Assembly (NCBI GenBank): GCA_964016885.1
Contig: OZ024749.1
Coordinates: forward strand, 8,308,001-8,372,000
DNA length: 64,000 nucleotides
Direction of reading: 5' to 3'
Source: Eledone cirrhosa
Lineage: Eukaryota
In this document: piece after piece, positions 27,651-43,348 of the stretch
Layout: every line of letters starts with the position of its first letter
Numbering within the stretch: position 1 is the stretch's first letter
Program-made: the position numbers and the translations under genes
The notes under the pieces: model-generated
The model's input: the letters and a program-made list of their open reading frames with translations, nothing else
Told to the model about the DNA's origin: nothing
Databases searched by the model: none

Positions 27651-28225
27651 TACAAAGACACCGAGCATTATAATAAATGTTCGGTGAATCTATACGTACA
27701 TATATATATGTGTGCATGTATGTATATATATATATATATACTACTGTACGTCTGTATACACATATATATATGTACGTATACATACTTATATTTAAGTAAC
27801 GGCCGTACTAAGAGTGAGAAATGAAATTTCGTTTCATCTTTTCCGTTTATCGTTTTCGGTGCGGCCGGCAGATTAACTCACACGATATGAAAATGATGCT
27901 GCTCAGCCGTTAATATGCATAAGGAAAGTATATACTTTCAGACGTTCAATCATCTGGCAGGAAGGTATACGTTGCTGACGATAGCTAATAAGCTTGAAAC
28001 TAGTACAGCGTTCCTTTGTCAGTGTTGAACAAATGAGCAACGATGGTTGCTAGACACTGTACGGCTTAATTCGGGATGTTTGTTTACAAACACACCAAGC
28101 ATTATAATAAATGTTTGGTGAATCCATACGTACATATATATATGGGTGCATGTATGTATATATACATATGCATACTACTGTACGTCTGTATACATATATG
28201 TATGTACGTATACATACTTATATAT
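27651..28225 (+). mobile_element. ORF-less partial tandem (about 434-bp period, about 1.3 units) with one hammerhead, family G
   Basis: 27651-27790 is repeated at 28085-28225, with TA-rich flanks. Confidence 0.75.
27970..28010 (+). ncRNA. Minimal type I hammerhead, family G
   Basis: CGTTG-CTGACGA-TAGCT aata AGCTT-GAAA-CTAG-TA-CAGCG; palindromic ACTAGT in stem III; GUA triplet. Confidence 0.8.
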
Positions 28226-28243
28226 ATATATACACACAAACAT

Positions 28244-28274
<31 letters not shown>

Positions 28275-28757
28275 CACATATATATACACATTTATACATA
28301 TATATACATACACACACATATACATATACGTAAAGACATATAAACGCACGTACACACAAACATACGCATACAATCGTACGGCCACTCATACCAATATGTT
28401 CATACATACACTCATAAATACACACAAATACACACTCACATATATACAGTATTAAGATGAAGTACGCTCTACATGCGGAAAGAGCAGGTAGGTAAGAAGT
28501 ACTTACATGAACATTTTTTGTGTTTCGTGTCGAGGGGGTAGGGGTAGGGGTTGGGTGGAGGTGGTGGGGGTATTTTGTCGAATAGGGTTTTAAAAAAAAG
28601 GGAATCAATTTTAGACATCTGTCATTAACACTGGCTTAAGGTATTTGAAAGTTGCAAAGTTTTTGTGCATGCAATTCGGGCAGTGATCAGAGAGTTTGTT
28701 CAGTAGTGGGCCCTTGGCAAATAATATTTCGTACCTCTCTGATAATATATATACTTA

Positions 28758-29586
<829 letters not shown>

Positions 29587-29611
29587 GTATATATATATAC
29601 ATATATGTATG

Positions 29612-29645
<34 letters not shown>

Positions 29646-29676
29646 CATATATATATATGTATATATATAAATAAAT

Positions 29677-30010
29677 ATACACTGGTGTGTATGATTGTGT
29701 ATAGAAGATTATATTAATAAAAGGATTTCCAACTTTGTCTGATTTACTTGTTTTATTTACAATCCTTTAAAATTTATAATGGTATTAGAATGAAATAGTA
29801 TGGTAGAATATTAAATGTTAAGTGTTAATTGAACAAGTACTTTCATGCTTTAGCAATCTTCAGGTTCATATTATGTGGTGACAGTCAAGTTTGCAAATTA
29901 ACACTTAACATTTAATATTCTACCATACTATTTCATTCTAATACCATTATAAATTTTAAAGGATTGTAAATAAAACGAGTAAATCAAAGTTGGAATTTCC
30001 TTTTATTAAT
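29677..30010. mobile_element. PLE family C fold-back; intact HHR on the minus arm (29830-29868)
   Basis: 29712-29830 is inverted relative to 29897-30010; matches the 3' end of the PLE at 32143-35192. Confidence 0.85.
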
Positions 30011-30249
30011 ATATGTATATACATATATATATATATATGTATATAAATATATATATTTATATATATAGATACATATATATATATGTATATATATATATAC
30101 ATATATACATATATATATGTATATATATATATATGTATATACATATATATATGTATATGTATATATATGTATATATATATATGTATATATATACATATAT
30201 ATATATGTATATATATACATATATATATATATACATATATATGTACATA

Positions 30250-30333
<84 letters not shown>

Positions 30334-30338
30334 TATAT

Positions 30339-30627
30339 AACTTTGGTATGCTTATATACATTTTTTCTTCTAGCTTTGATTTTGTACCTAATTGTCTATG
30401 GTTGACGATATATCTGATCGATTTCCACGTGCTATTAGAAATGCAGGGTAAATATTCTATGGCTGTTGATCGCGGATAGATAGCTATCGTTTATTTATCT
30501 ATTATTTCTTCATAAGTGCCTTTTAATCTTATAGCTTTGTTCAATAGGTTTTTTGTGCGGTTGATTATGCTGATTGGTAGAGGAAATAATGTATATATTT
30601 TATCAATTGATTCTATGGACGTACTTT

Positions 30628-30631
<4 letters not shown>
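30339..30631 (+). mobile_element. Interspersed TA-flanked repeat, family I (3' part repeated at 48327-48408)
   Basis: Shared tgtg.ggtt.attatg...attgg.agaggaaat..tgtatatat..tatcaa.tgattctatggac.tacttta..gt end. Confidence 0.6.
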
Positions 30632-30710
<79 letters not shown>

Positions 30711-30715
30711 ATATG

Positions 30716-30766
<51 letters not shown>

Positions 30767-30918
30767 ATATTTATATATATATGTATTTATATATATACAT
30801 ATATATATGTATTTATATATATACATATATATATGTATTTATATATATACATATATATATGTATTTATATATATACATATATATATATGTATATATGTAT
30901 ATACATATATATATATAT

Positions 30919-30969
<51 letters not shown>

Positions 30970-31333
30970 CATATATATATGTATATATATACATATATAT
31001 ATATATACATATATATATATGTATATATATACATATATATATGTATATATATACATATATATATATACATATATATATGTATATATATGTACATATATAA
31101 ATATGTATATATATGTACATATATATATGTATATATATGTACATATATAAATATGTATATATATGTACATATATATATGTTTATACATATATATATGTAC
31201 ATATATATATATGTATATGTACATATATATATATGTATATACATATATATATATGTATATACATATATACATATATATATATGTATATATATATACATAT
31301 ATATCTATATATATATATATACATATATATATG

Positions 31334-31365
<32 letters not shown>

Positions 31366-31425
31366 GATATATATGTATATATATATATATACATATATAT
31401 ATGTATATATATATAGAGATATAGA

Positions 31426-31477
<52 letters not shown>

Positions 31478-31485
31478 GATATAGA

Positions 31486-31551
<66 letters not shown>

Positions 31552-31619
31552 GATATATATGTATATATAGATATATATGTATATATATATATACATATAT
31601 ATATGTATATATATATATG

Positions 31620-31669
<50 letters not shown>

Positions 31670-32142
31670 GATATATATATATATACATATATTTATGTGT
31701 ATATATATATATACATGTACATATGTATATATATAGATGTATATATATGTACATATATATGCATATATATATGTATATATATGTACATATATATATGTAT
31801 ATATGTACATATATATATGTATATATATATGCATATATATATGTATATATATATGTATATATATATGTATATATATATGCATAAATATATGTATATATAT
31901 ATGTGCATATATATATGTATATATATATGTACATATATATATGTATATATATGTACATATATATATGTATATATATATACATATATATATGTATATATAT
32001 ATATGTATATATATATACATATATATATGTACATATATATATGTATATATATGTACATATATATATGTATATATATAGGTACATATATATATGTATATAT
32101 ATATATGTATATATATATACATATATATATGTATATATATAT
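30632..32142. repeat. Long imperfect (TA)n/(TACA/TATG) tract
   Basis: Seen directly. Similar tracts at 36000-36460, 38776-39903, 41650-43000, 52905-53605 and 59140-61367. Confidence 0.97.
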
Positions 32143-35100
32143 GCAAGGAACGGGGAAAAAACCGTAGAATAACCAGATCACTTTCAAGATCTCAACGGAG
32201 ATTACCCACAAGAAACTGGGCGAAAAAACTATCTAAACCTGAAAGCAAACCTAGGTCATTTTCCCAGATTGTTACAAATAATGCTAACAGGAAGAAAAAT
32301 AATATACAAAATACCCAAAATAGGACAAAATACATAACGAAACTAAGTATAATATCACACCAACAGGAATATAAATCCTGAACAGAAAAAAATCCATTTT
32401 TTAACGTCAGGACAACAAAAACCGGAAAAAGAAAAACTCCAGGAGGAAACATACCCAAAACAACTGAACAGGTAGATCCTAAAATGATTAATTCATCCAA
32501 AAGAGATCTTGACAATGATGAAATGCAAATTCTGTCAAAAGGACTGAAATTCACCCGCCAGTCAACCGCCAAGTCAACCGCCAAGAACTGAAGGAGGATA
32601 CCCAAGAATTCTGTCGTAAATAACGACTTGTAGAATTCTTCGCTGATAAAAGTAATGAGTGATGAATCACTAGTAAAGAATAAATAAAATTACACTCCGC
32701 CAAAAGGAAGAAATATCTATCTCGATCAATACATTGACATCCTGTCTAAATTTCCTCTTAGACGTAATACTAATGTTAGGCCAAACATTAACAAATCGGA
32801 AATGTCTGCACTTAAACGTATACAAAATGATAAAACAATAATAATTAAACAAGCAGATAAAGGGGGTGTAATTGTTATAATGGATGCTGAATACTACAAA
32901 GATTTGGTTGAGGAACAACTGAAAGACACAGCATTCTACCATGAAATACTGTCAAATATAGACCACAACATCATGAAGAAGATCAACAACCTGGCTTCAA
33001 AATACCACAACTCACTTACTGATAAGGAAAGAGACTACATCACCAATTTTGAGCCCAAACCCAACAACCTGTGTGGTCTACCGAAAGTCAAAAGAAATAC
33101 AACTGGCAGTAAAAGAACAAAAAAGTGAGTACATTAAATTACTACACCGAAAATACTTAAAACTTAGAACTATTATAGCTGGTCCAACATGCCCTACCCA
33201 CCGTCTAAGCAATTTTATTGACATTATTTTGAAACCACTATGTATTCACATACCCAGTTTCATCCGGGATGATATCGACTTCCTGTCCCATCTTCCCAAA
33301 ACCACGGAAACGAATTCACTTCTACTTAGTTTTGATGTGGTAAGCCTTTAGACCAACATTACACATCATTTAGGAATAAAGGCGGTTAAATACTGGGTGG
33401 AAAAACATAGAGAAGTGAATCACACCAGATTCACAGTGCCATTTATATTAGACGCAGTCAGACTTATTCTGGAAAACAACACATTCTTCTTCAATGGAAA
33501 GAATTACCTCCAAATTAGAGGCACAGCGATGTGAACGAAGTTTGCTCCCGTTTACGCGAACTCTGTAATGGGATACTTAGAACAACTACTCTACCAAGAA
33601 ATAGAGGGAAAATATAGTACTGACTTTAGAAAGTACATTGAAAAATCTTGGAAGAGATACCTTGTCGACTGTTTCATCATCTGGACAGAATCTCTAAATA
33701 CTCTGGATGAGTTCAATATCCTCTTGAATAACCTACACCCATCTCTCCAATTTACAACAAAGATGAGTAGTACCAAATTACCATTCCTAGATATAATGGT
33801 AATCAAAAACGACACCACCATTACCACGGATATATACTATAAACACACAGACACTCATCAATATCTGAATTTTAAGTCGTGCCATCCCCCTCATACAAAA
33901 CGCAACATCCCATACTGCCTAGCCAGAAGAATTTGTACCATTGTAGAAGATACAAATACCAATAACAAACGCCTAACAGAACTGAGGTAATTTTTGCTCA
34001 AACAAAAATACCCATCTCTACTTATAGAAAATGGCATACAACGGGCTATAAAAATACCTATACAATAACTTAGGACAACCCAAGGGAGAAGAAACCAAGA
34101 ACTGGTCATACCATTTATAATGACACACAACCCATGTCACCAGAATATTTTCAACACTGCCAAAACAAACCTACCGATCATTGCTCAAAGTAAGGAATTA
34201 AAAGGTTTAATCACAGACCGAGCTTTGACTCGTAGTAAAAGACAGCCGAAAAATTTGAAGCAATTACTAACAAAGACAAAGTTTGACCTTAACAACAAAG
34301 ACCAATCATTCACTGTATCTAAATGCAATGATAGTCGATGTGGCACATGTCAATCCATACAGACTCGTCAATATATGAACACAAAAACTGGAAAAATATT
34401 CCCAAATGCAAATATGAACTGCAAAAGCAGAAATCTAATTTACTGCATTAAATTCCCGGATTGTGAAGAATTATATGTCGGTCAAACTGGAAATGCACTA
34501 TCGAAACGTGCACGGGTGCACCGACAGCAAATCAGAGATCCAAAAGTCCGTCAGATACCCCTGAGTAACCATCTAGCTACATGTGGTCAGGGAATATTTA
34601 TAATATTTCCATGCTACAAACTACACAGCCCAAGTGAAATCAAGAGAAAAATTAAAGAAAAGAATTTTATTGATAAATTCCAACCCAAGCTAAATGAACA
34701 ATAATGATGCTTAGGGGTATTACTTCTACTATGACTATGACTACGGCCATGTCGACTACCCACACTAAAAACAACAACAATAATAATAATAAAAGTGATG
34801 TTGATAGTGATGATTACTGAAGATTTTTTTATAAAAACCCTAGAAAATGCTATTTTCATCATTTCTAAAAATAGCAAAACAATTAATGCTTTGGATAGGC
34901 TCAAATAGAAGTCGTTAGACATGCTCAACCAACCGTGACGCCTAAACGAATCAGCTTTAGTAATCTAGAAAAACTTCACACCGATTGGTCAAAATACAGT
35001 TTGCAAAACTTAGCATTCTGTAGCCCCTTTTTACTGTATATAAGGCACACATATTAGCCATCTCATTACAGTTGAAAATTGCAAACTTGACTGTCACCAC

Positions 35101-35192
35101 TGAATATGAACCTGAAGATTGCGAAAGCATGAAAGTACTTGTTCAATTAACACTTAACATTTAATATTCTACCATACTATTTCATTATAATA
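32143..35192 (+). mobile_element. Penelope-like element (Neptune-like Cys linker), 5'-truncated, with stops and frameshifts
   Basis: Motifs LSKGLKF, IIKQADKGG, LRTIIAG, SFDVVSL, GTAM*TK, WKRY.VD, LPFLD, KCNDSRCGTC, and GIY-YIG (NLIYCI..P.C...YVGQTG...R...H). Confidence 0.93.
35107..35145 (+). ncRNA. Minimal type I hammerhead, family C
   Basis: TGAAC-CTGAAGA-TTGC gaaa GCAT-GAAA-GTAC-TT-GTTCA; palindromic AAGTACTT in stem III. Confidence 0.8.
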
Positions 35193-35998
35193 TCAATTTG
35201 TTGCTGCTGCCCTTAGGTTTCCCTCGTGCCTTGCTGTGGGCTCATCGGGGATCCTGGATAGCAAGATGTCGAGATGTCTCTTGAAGACATCCAACTCCAC
35301 ACTATGCAGATCTCTCAGATCCCTCGGCAGCTTGTTGAAGAGTTGAGGGCCCTTGAATCCCAGGCTTTTGCAATATCTGCTCCTTATTCTAGATGTGGAA
35401 GACACAGATTTGGCACCACACAGTGGCGTCCTGTTCGACGGTTGGTTCAGCTCCCAATGCCAGAGCAAAGTTTGGTGCTAGTCCCTCCAGCATTTTGCAC
35501 ATGTAGATCACTGCGTATCTCTCCCGTCTTTGCTCCAAGGAGTAGAGGTTCAGTTCTTTTAGCCTCTCCCAGTAGCTTATCTCCTTCATCGTGGCAATCC
35601 TCTTGGTGTAGCTTCGCTGGATTGCCTCAAGCTCCGTGGTTAATTTGACACTATGGGGTGACCAGAACTTGGAGCAGTAGTCCAGGCGGCTTAGGACAAA
35701 TGTCCTCCATAGTGTCAACATGGTGTCTCGATCTCTTGTGCGGAAAGTCCTCAAGATCCAGCCAGGGAGTCATCTGTACATTGTCTCCACTTACATGATG
35801 TGTGCGGAAAAAGATGCGTCATCGTTCATGTCTATACACAGGTCTCGTATCGATTTTGACACATGGATATCGGTCCCTCCTGGTCCTGCGTAACTGTGTT
35901 GTACTGTATTTGTGTTTGCAGGGCTTGAAATTTGCCAGCATTAAACTGCATGTTGTTTTCTTCCACGCATTTGTATATGGCATCCATATCTTGTTGTA
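35193..35998 (-). mobile_element. CR1/Jockey-group LINE RT C-terminal fragment with an internal deletion
   Basis: [25 protein letters not shown]; LTLWRTFVLSRLDYCS.FWSP...LEAIQRSYTK...YWERLKELNLYSLEQRRER; GPQLFNKLP. Confidence 0.88.
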
Positions 35999-36141
35999 AA
36001 ATATATGTATATATATATGTATATATATATATATGTATATATATGTATATATATATATGTGTATATATGTATATATATATGTATATATATATATGTGTAT
36101 ATATGTATATATGTGTATATGTGTATATATGTATATATATA

Positions 36142-36172
<31 letters not shown>

Positions 36173-36177
36173 GTGTA

Positions 36178-36226
<49 letters not shown>

Positions 36227-36399
36227 GTGAATATATGTATATATATGTGTATATATATATGTGTGTATATATGTATATATATGTATATATATATGTGTAT
36301 ATATGTATATATACATGCATATATATATGTATATGTATATATATATATATGTGTATATATATATATATATATATTTGTATATATATGTATATATGTATG

Positions 36400-36430
<31 letters not shown>

Positions 36431-36459
36431 GTACGTGGTATATATATATATATATATAT

Positions 36460-38776
36460 AACGAAGGAAATGTGGTGAGGAACCAGGTGGACCATAACGC
36501 ACCAAAGTACTCCATACTTAGGGTAGTAGAGTGGGTAATAGGAACTAGTAGGACCCCGACAGCTGAGCTCAAGCCGTTTAGACGGCTAATTCTGGACTAA
36601 ATAAACATTTTTATCCTGGTATTTGAATAGCCGAGCTTCTCAGGGGATAATTCCATATATGGTAAATGTGATTGTCACAAGGATTGGTCAAAAGTTTGTT
36701 GTTGAAACATAATAATTCTATCATGGCAATTTGTGGAGAGAAGGGGTAGCAGAACCTGCCAGTAGAAGAAAGAGGGAGAGGGGGTGGAGGAAACCCAGTT
36801 GTGGTGCGTTGATAGTGCCAACTACAGCTGGGCATGAGGTCAAAGAAGATACTAGGGGGGGGGTCGAAACAATAAGTAAAACAATATGGGGTAAATATAT
36901 AGAAAAATACCAAGAGTGTTAAAAAACAATCAAATGTAAAAAAAAAACAATTTCTGGTTACTATAACCTAAGGACAGCTATCAAGTCTCTCACTGGTACT
37001 GCTAGACTAAAGAAAGGTTTACTAGGTGAGACGGAATTATAATGAGACCCATTTAAGAGGTATAATTAAACAACCGAATATATCTTACGGTGACGGGTCA
37101 ACAAGTGGGGGGCCAAAATACTAAAGAAACTACCACGAAATAATAATTCAGAGTCCCGAGACCAGTACGAAATAAAGGTTTCTACCCCAGGCACAAGGCC
37201 AGCAACCACCCAGTGCAAAAAAAATAAACTAATACGAAATAATAATTCAGAATCCCGAGAAAGAAACTAATACTATCTCTAAGGGTGCCGCCACGATACA
37301 AAAATTCTAGTGCAGACTACATAAATGCTCGTACGAAGTATATGTAAAATTTGATACGGAAAATTAATTCAGACCCCCCCCCCCCCAAAAAAAAACACTG
37401 ATATACGAGAAATTAAAGCAACGATACCACTAAGAAATATAGAAAGCACGGAAAAGGAGCAGCCATCGGATAAGAAGGCAAGTATCCGGGATCTAACACA
37501 TCTGCTATAAAAAGCGGCGTCGGCCAAATCTATCATAGAATAGGGGAAGGGGTGGGGGTACTGAGGCTACAAAGGACCGAGGGGCTGCCTCGGGTGGGCG
37601 AGAAAGTAAAAGGACGACAACAAAGAAAGAGGACTGGGGTGGAAGGACTAGGGAGGGTTGAGGGGACGAAGGAAATATAGAGGAAGTGATAAAAAGCTAT
37701 AAAAGAAGATCTTAGGTCTACCTTTGCAAGCAGGGGTTACCCATTACAAAATCGGTAAGTGGGGTGTTATACCCCTAGTCTACCCCCCCCCCCCGGGTCA
37801 TTATGGGGTTTGAGGGCGAGGTAAGTCCTATGCGATCTGTGTTTACATGCAGTTACCAGTTCATCTTTCTTGTTTAGGAGTTGGTCCGTCGAGAACAGCA
37901 TTTGTAAAGTTTCCTCCGAGCATAAATTGCACGGACGGCGTCCTCCCGTGTAAGAGTTGGCTCTGGACAGTAAGCTCCAAGTGAGATCATAGGTAATATT
38001 GTTATCCTTGAGGTCCCATATGTGGCCCGAAAGTGTAGTGGCGTGACGCCGGGCCGGGTTTCGGAAGGTATGTCTGTGTTGGTATAACCGGGTCTTGAAG
38101 TCACATGCGGTTAATCCTATATAAGCTTTGTTGGAAGTGTCCGTCCTCACGTTGCACTGGTAGATCACATTACGATCTCTGCATCTGTTGTCGAGGGGGA
38201 AAATGGATCCATCAGGACAGTTGCACCTCCTGGTCGGCTCTCCACTGCTATTTAGGTTATTTCTTCCATAGGGGTTGAGTATTTTATTGTTAGAGGAGAC
38301 GATATTTTGTGCAAAGTTTGGTGTGGCGCTGTAGGAGAGTTTGATGGTATTTTTTGTTAATTATGCTGTGGTAGCGGTGTTGTAGTGGGAAGTGTTTTTC
38401 AATGAGCCTAAAGAAGATTTTCCCGATAGGAGCTGTCACCTCGGCGTTGTGGGGAGGGTTGAACCATGTTACGTTGCGTGAACGGCGGTGTCGCCTGCTG
38501 GTTCCGCTAATGGAGGCTGGACAGTAGGATATTTCCTCCCGGAAACCACTCCGCTTGAGGGCCTGGTTGTAATAAGGCGCATGTTCCTCGAATATCTGCT
38601 CATTAGCTGACAAACGGGATATGCGGAGGGAGATGTTTTTAACCAGGTTATTGGTGATGTTCCTAGGATGGCAGATTCTGTTACCCCTTCCCTCCACAAA
38701 TTGCCATGATAGAATTCTTATGTCTCAACAACAAACTTTTGTTCCACAATGCTTCAAGCAAACTTCAATAGTCACA
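36460..38776 (-). mobile_element. Penelope-like element family B, 5'-truncated (RT thumb + GIY-YIG + 3' UTR/pseudo-LTR), with an inverted fragment at its 5' end
   Basis: RISRLS..EQIF...YNQALKRSG, VTWFNPP, CNC, IYQCNV...YIGLT..DFKTRLYQH..TF, CNLCSEE. 38668-38776 is an inverted copy of 36667-36762. Confidence 0.9.
36554..36648 (-). ncRNA. Degenerate hammerhead, family B (long stem II, GUC site)
   Basis: Reverse complement reads CCC-CTGAGAA...CGGCTA..loop..TAGCCG-TC-TAAA-CGGC ttgagctca GCTG-TC-GGGG. Other family B copies have GAAA at the TAAA position. Confidence 0.55.
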
Positions 38777-38792
38777 TATATATATATGTATA

Positions 38793-38844
<52 letters not shown>

Positions 38845-39007
38845 AATATATATATATGTATATATATATATAAATATATATATATATGTATAAATATATA
38901 TATATATGTATATTTATATAAATATATATATGTATATATATATATATATGTATATATATATAAATATATATATATGTATATATATATATATATGTATATA
39001 TATATAA

Positions 39008-39052
<45 letters not shown>

Positions 39053-39053
39053 A

Positions 39054-39165
<112 letters not shown>

Positions 39166-39852
39166 GTATATATATATATATAAATATATATATGTATATA
39201 TTTATATATATATATGTATATATATATATAAATATATATATGTATATATATATATGTATATATATATAAATATATATATGTGTATATATGTATATATATA
39301 TATATGTATATATATATAAATATATATATGTATATATATATAAATATATATATATGTATATATATATAAATATATATATATATGTATATATATATAAATA
39401 TATATATATATGTATATATATATAAATGTATATATATATAAATATATATATATGTATATATATATAAATATATATATATATACATACATATATATGTATA
39501 TATATACATGCATATTTATATATATATACACATATTTATATATATATAAATACATACATATTTATATATATATACACATATTTATATATATATATACATA
39601 CATATTTATATATATATACACATATTTATATATATATACACATACATATTTATATATATATACACATATTTATATATATTTACACATATTTATATATATA
39701 TACACATATTTATATATATATACACATATTTATATATATATACACATATTTATATATATATACACATATTTATATATATATACACATATTTATATATATA
39801 TACACATATTTATATATATATACACATATTTATATATATATATACACATATA

Positions 39853-39887
<35 letters not shown>

Positions 39888-39959
39888 GTACATATATATA
39901 TATAGTATTAAGGATACTATTTATGGTTGTGTATATACTAAAACCTTTTATAGTTATAT

Positions 39960-41648
39960 ATATTTAAACCCTAAGCAGTGAAAGACAGTAATTTATTACT
40001 ACCTTATTACCAGTAAGATAAATAGCTCAATGTAATAACATCAGTTGTTCTACAGAGCAGTTATATAGTTATATAAAAATCAGAAGTGTTCGCGTCTTGC
40101 CAGCACCGCTTCCGACATTCCTTCCAAAACTTTAAAACCAATATATAACAATGTCAGACTTGAAACCGTCACCACCTCTAACAACAAACCTCAAGGGCAC
40201 ACCTTACACCACATCTCCACACTCAATGATCCACATTAACACAAATAGTGACATCCTTCTAGAACCTTTTACCCTAGAGATATCCCCATGTACATCTGCT
40301 TTTGGTATAATTGCCTTCAATTACTTAGACTACATTACACCACTATATAATTAATGTAAACTTTAAACACTGAATGTGTTGTGCTAATGTTGTTCTGTGT
40401 ATGGAGTGCCACCATTGGATAGTTTATTAACATAAAAGAACTATATAACTTATATGCTGGGTACAATGAATTATGTACAAGTGATATATGAGTTGTACAT
40501 ACATGTATGACTTGATGGTCGGATTGGTGACATTGTGAGTGAGAATTGATCTCTGGTCTACCCTAGTGATATTTAACTTTGCCATGCAATCAGACATGCA
40601 CTGACCCAGAGCTTACCGGGAGTTATATATAGAAGTGATGCTAATAAAACCCTGCCAGGTTCTGCGGGTAGACTACACTTACAAAGATCATTGATTTGAG
40701 GATCTGACTCTTCATGTAGAATATTCAGTTGTGGCACTCTATAATAGAGGGTAATCATCCTAATATGAACACCTTTAGTACTTCTTGATAGAATAGACTG
40801 TAATTTAAAGATGGGATACTTATACTTTGAATCTGTTTATAAACTATATGATAGGGACTCATGTGTGACACTATTTATTGTACATTAGGATAATACATTT
40901 TAGTTATAGAAATCAGCTAGTTACCTCCCCTCACGCATTAACTCCCCTTAATCACACACACACCTCCGGAAAATAATACGATGTTAAGCCTCGCAACAAA
41001 AACAACCTGCTCTATAATATTGGATTAAAGAATATTCCAACCTAATTCATCAAACATCCAATATTGAATCATCGTAGATTATGTGAAGCACATATAATCT
41101 ATATATTACGTTTCCTGGATTGTGAAAATGGTGGTGTATACGAAAAACCATAATATTGTTTTGCTTCTCATTCGTAAATATTTCTCTGCACACAAGCTTC
41201 TATATCATACATATAAAATACTATACAACCCCCATAATACTCTAGATTGCCCGCTTAAAGTGCTTATATTCCATATAACACCTTACCGCACTATAATCTT
41301 ATATAAATAGGACACACGTGCATGCCCCACCTGTAACTAACTACTTCTAACTATCCGCCTGCATCATCTTCGTAAACTGCCAATGTTGTATTATAACTTT
41401 AATTTTGTTGTAATTTTCTTTTCTTTTAATATGACTTTAATCTTTGAATGTAGACTGCCATGCTTAAATATTATAATGGATGTCAACCCACTGTGCATCA
41501 ATATATACATATGTTTCTGTATGTCTCTTATGTTGAAAAGGAGGTCATGTATGTAGATAATCATTGAAAAATTGCTCCGAAAACTCGGTTTGGAAGAAAC
41601 AATTGTAAGCAAATAAATGATTTGAACAGAACTTTGATTCATGTAATT
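39960..41648 (-). mobile_element. Highly decayed LINE RT fragment (possibly L1-like)
   Basis: Reverse complement near 41360-41385 reads LAVYEDDA (YADD-like), preceded by [14 protein letters not shown]. Many stops. Confidence 0.45.
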
Positions 41649-41695
41649 TCTATATATATATATATACATACATTTATATATATATATATACATAC

Positions 41696-41782
<87 letters not shown>

Positions 41783-41845
41783 CATTTATATATATATATA
41801 TATATACATACATTTATATATATATATATATATATATATACATCC

Positions 41846-41896
<51 letters not shown>

Positions 41897-41921
41897 TATA
41901 TATACATATATATATACATCC

Positions 41922-41960
<39 letters not shown>

Positions 41961-42141
41961 TATATATACATATATATATACATCCATTTATATATATATA
42001 TATGCATACATTTATATATATATATATACATACATTTATATATATATATATGCATATATATACATATATATATATATATACATCCATTTATATATATATA
42101 TATATATATATATACATACATTTATATATATATATATATGC

Positions 42142-42177
<36 letters not shown>

Positions 42178-42202
42178 ATACATTTATATATATATATATA
42201 TA

Positions 42203-42268
<66 letters not shown>

Positions 42269-42315
42269 CATTTATATATATATATATACATATATATACA
42301 TATATATATATATAT

Positions 42316-42500
42316 AACGAAGGAAATGTGGTAAGGAACCAGGTGGACCATAACGCACCAAAGTACTCAATACTTGAGGTAGTAGAGTGGGTAATAGGAA
42401 CGAGTAGGACCCCGACAGCTGAGCTCAAGCCGTTTCGACGGCTAATTCTGGAGCCGTCGAAACGGCTTGAGCTCAGCTGTCGGGGTCTTACTGGTTCCTA
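42316..42500. mobile_element. PLE family B fold-back remnant
   Basis: Arms ccccgacagctgagctcaagccgtttcgacggct / agccgtcgaaacggcttgagctcagctgtcgggg in (TA)n. Confidence 0.88.
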
Positions 42501-42615
42501 TATATATATATATATATATATACATATATATACATATATATACATACATATATATACATATATATACATATATATATATACATATATATACATACATATA
42601 TATACATATATATAC

Positions 42616-42666
<51 letters not shown>

Positions 42667-42739
42667 CATATATATATATACATATATATATATACATATA
42701 TATATATACATATATATATATACATATATACATATATAC

Positions 42740-42816
<77 letters not shown>

Positions 42817-42919
42817 CATATACATATATATATATACATATATATATACATATATATATACATATATATACATATATATACATATATATATATACATATA
42901 TATACATATATATATATAC

Positions 42920-42980
<61 letters not shown>

Positions 42981-43129
42981 TATGTATGTATGTATATATA
43001 TGCATGTGTGTTATGTATGTGTATACGTGTGCGTATATCCTATATGTGTATTTATATATGCATAGATATATATATATAAACTTATAGAGAGAGAGAAAGG
43101 GTGAGATAGATAGAGAGTGAGATAGATAT

Positions 43130-43178
<49 letters not shown>

Positions 43179-43296
43179 AGATAGATATACATGTTTGTAT
43201 GCTGTCGTGTAATATAAACCACTTGCCATCTCAAAGAGAGAAAGTTATCTTGATTTCATTAGTTGTATACTTGTTACTCTCTCTCTCCCTCCATCT

Positions 43297-43348
<52 letters not shown>

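Noticed and set aside
33532-33534. TGA in the GTAM*TK motif as recoding
   Set aside because: It replaces the conserved Gly (GGA to TGA) in a copy with other stops and frameshifts.
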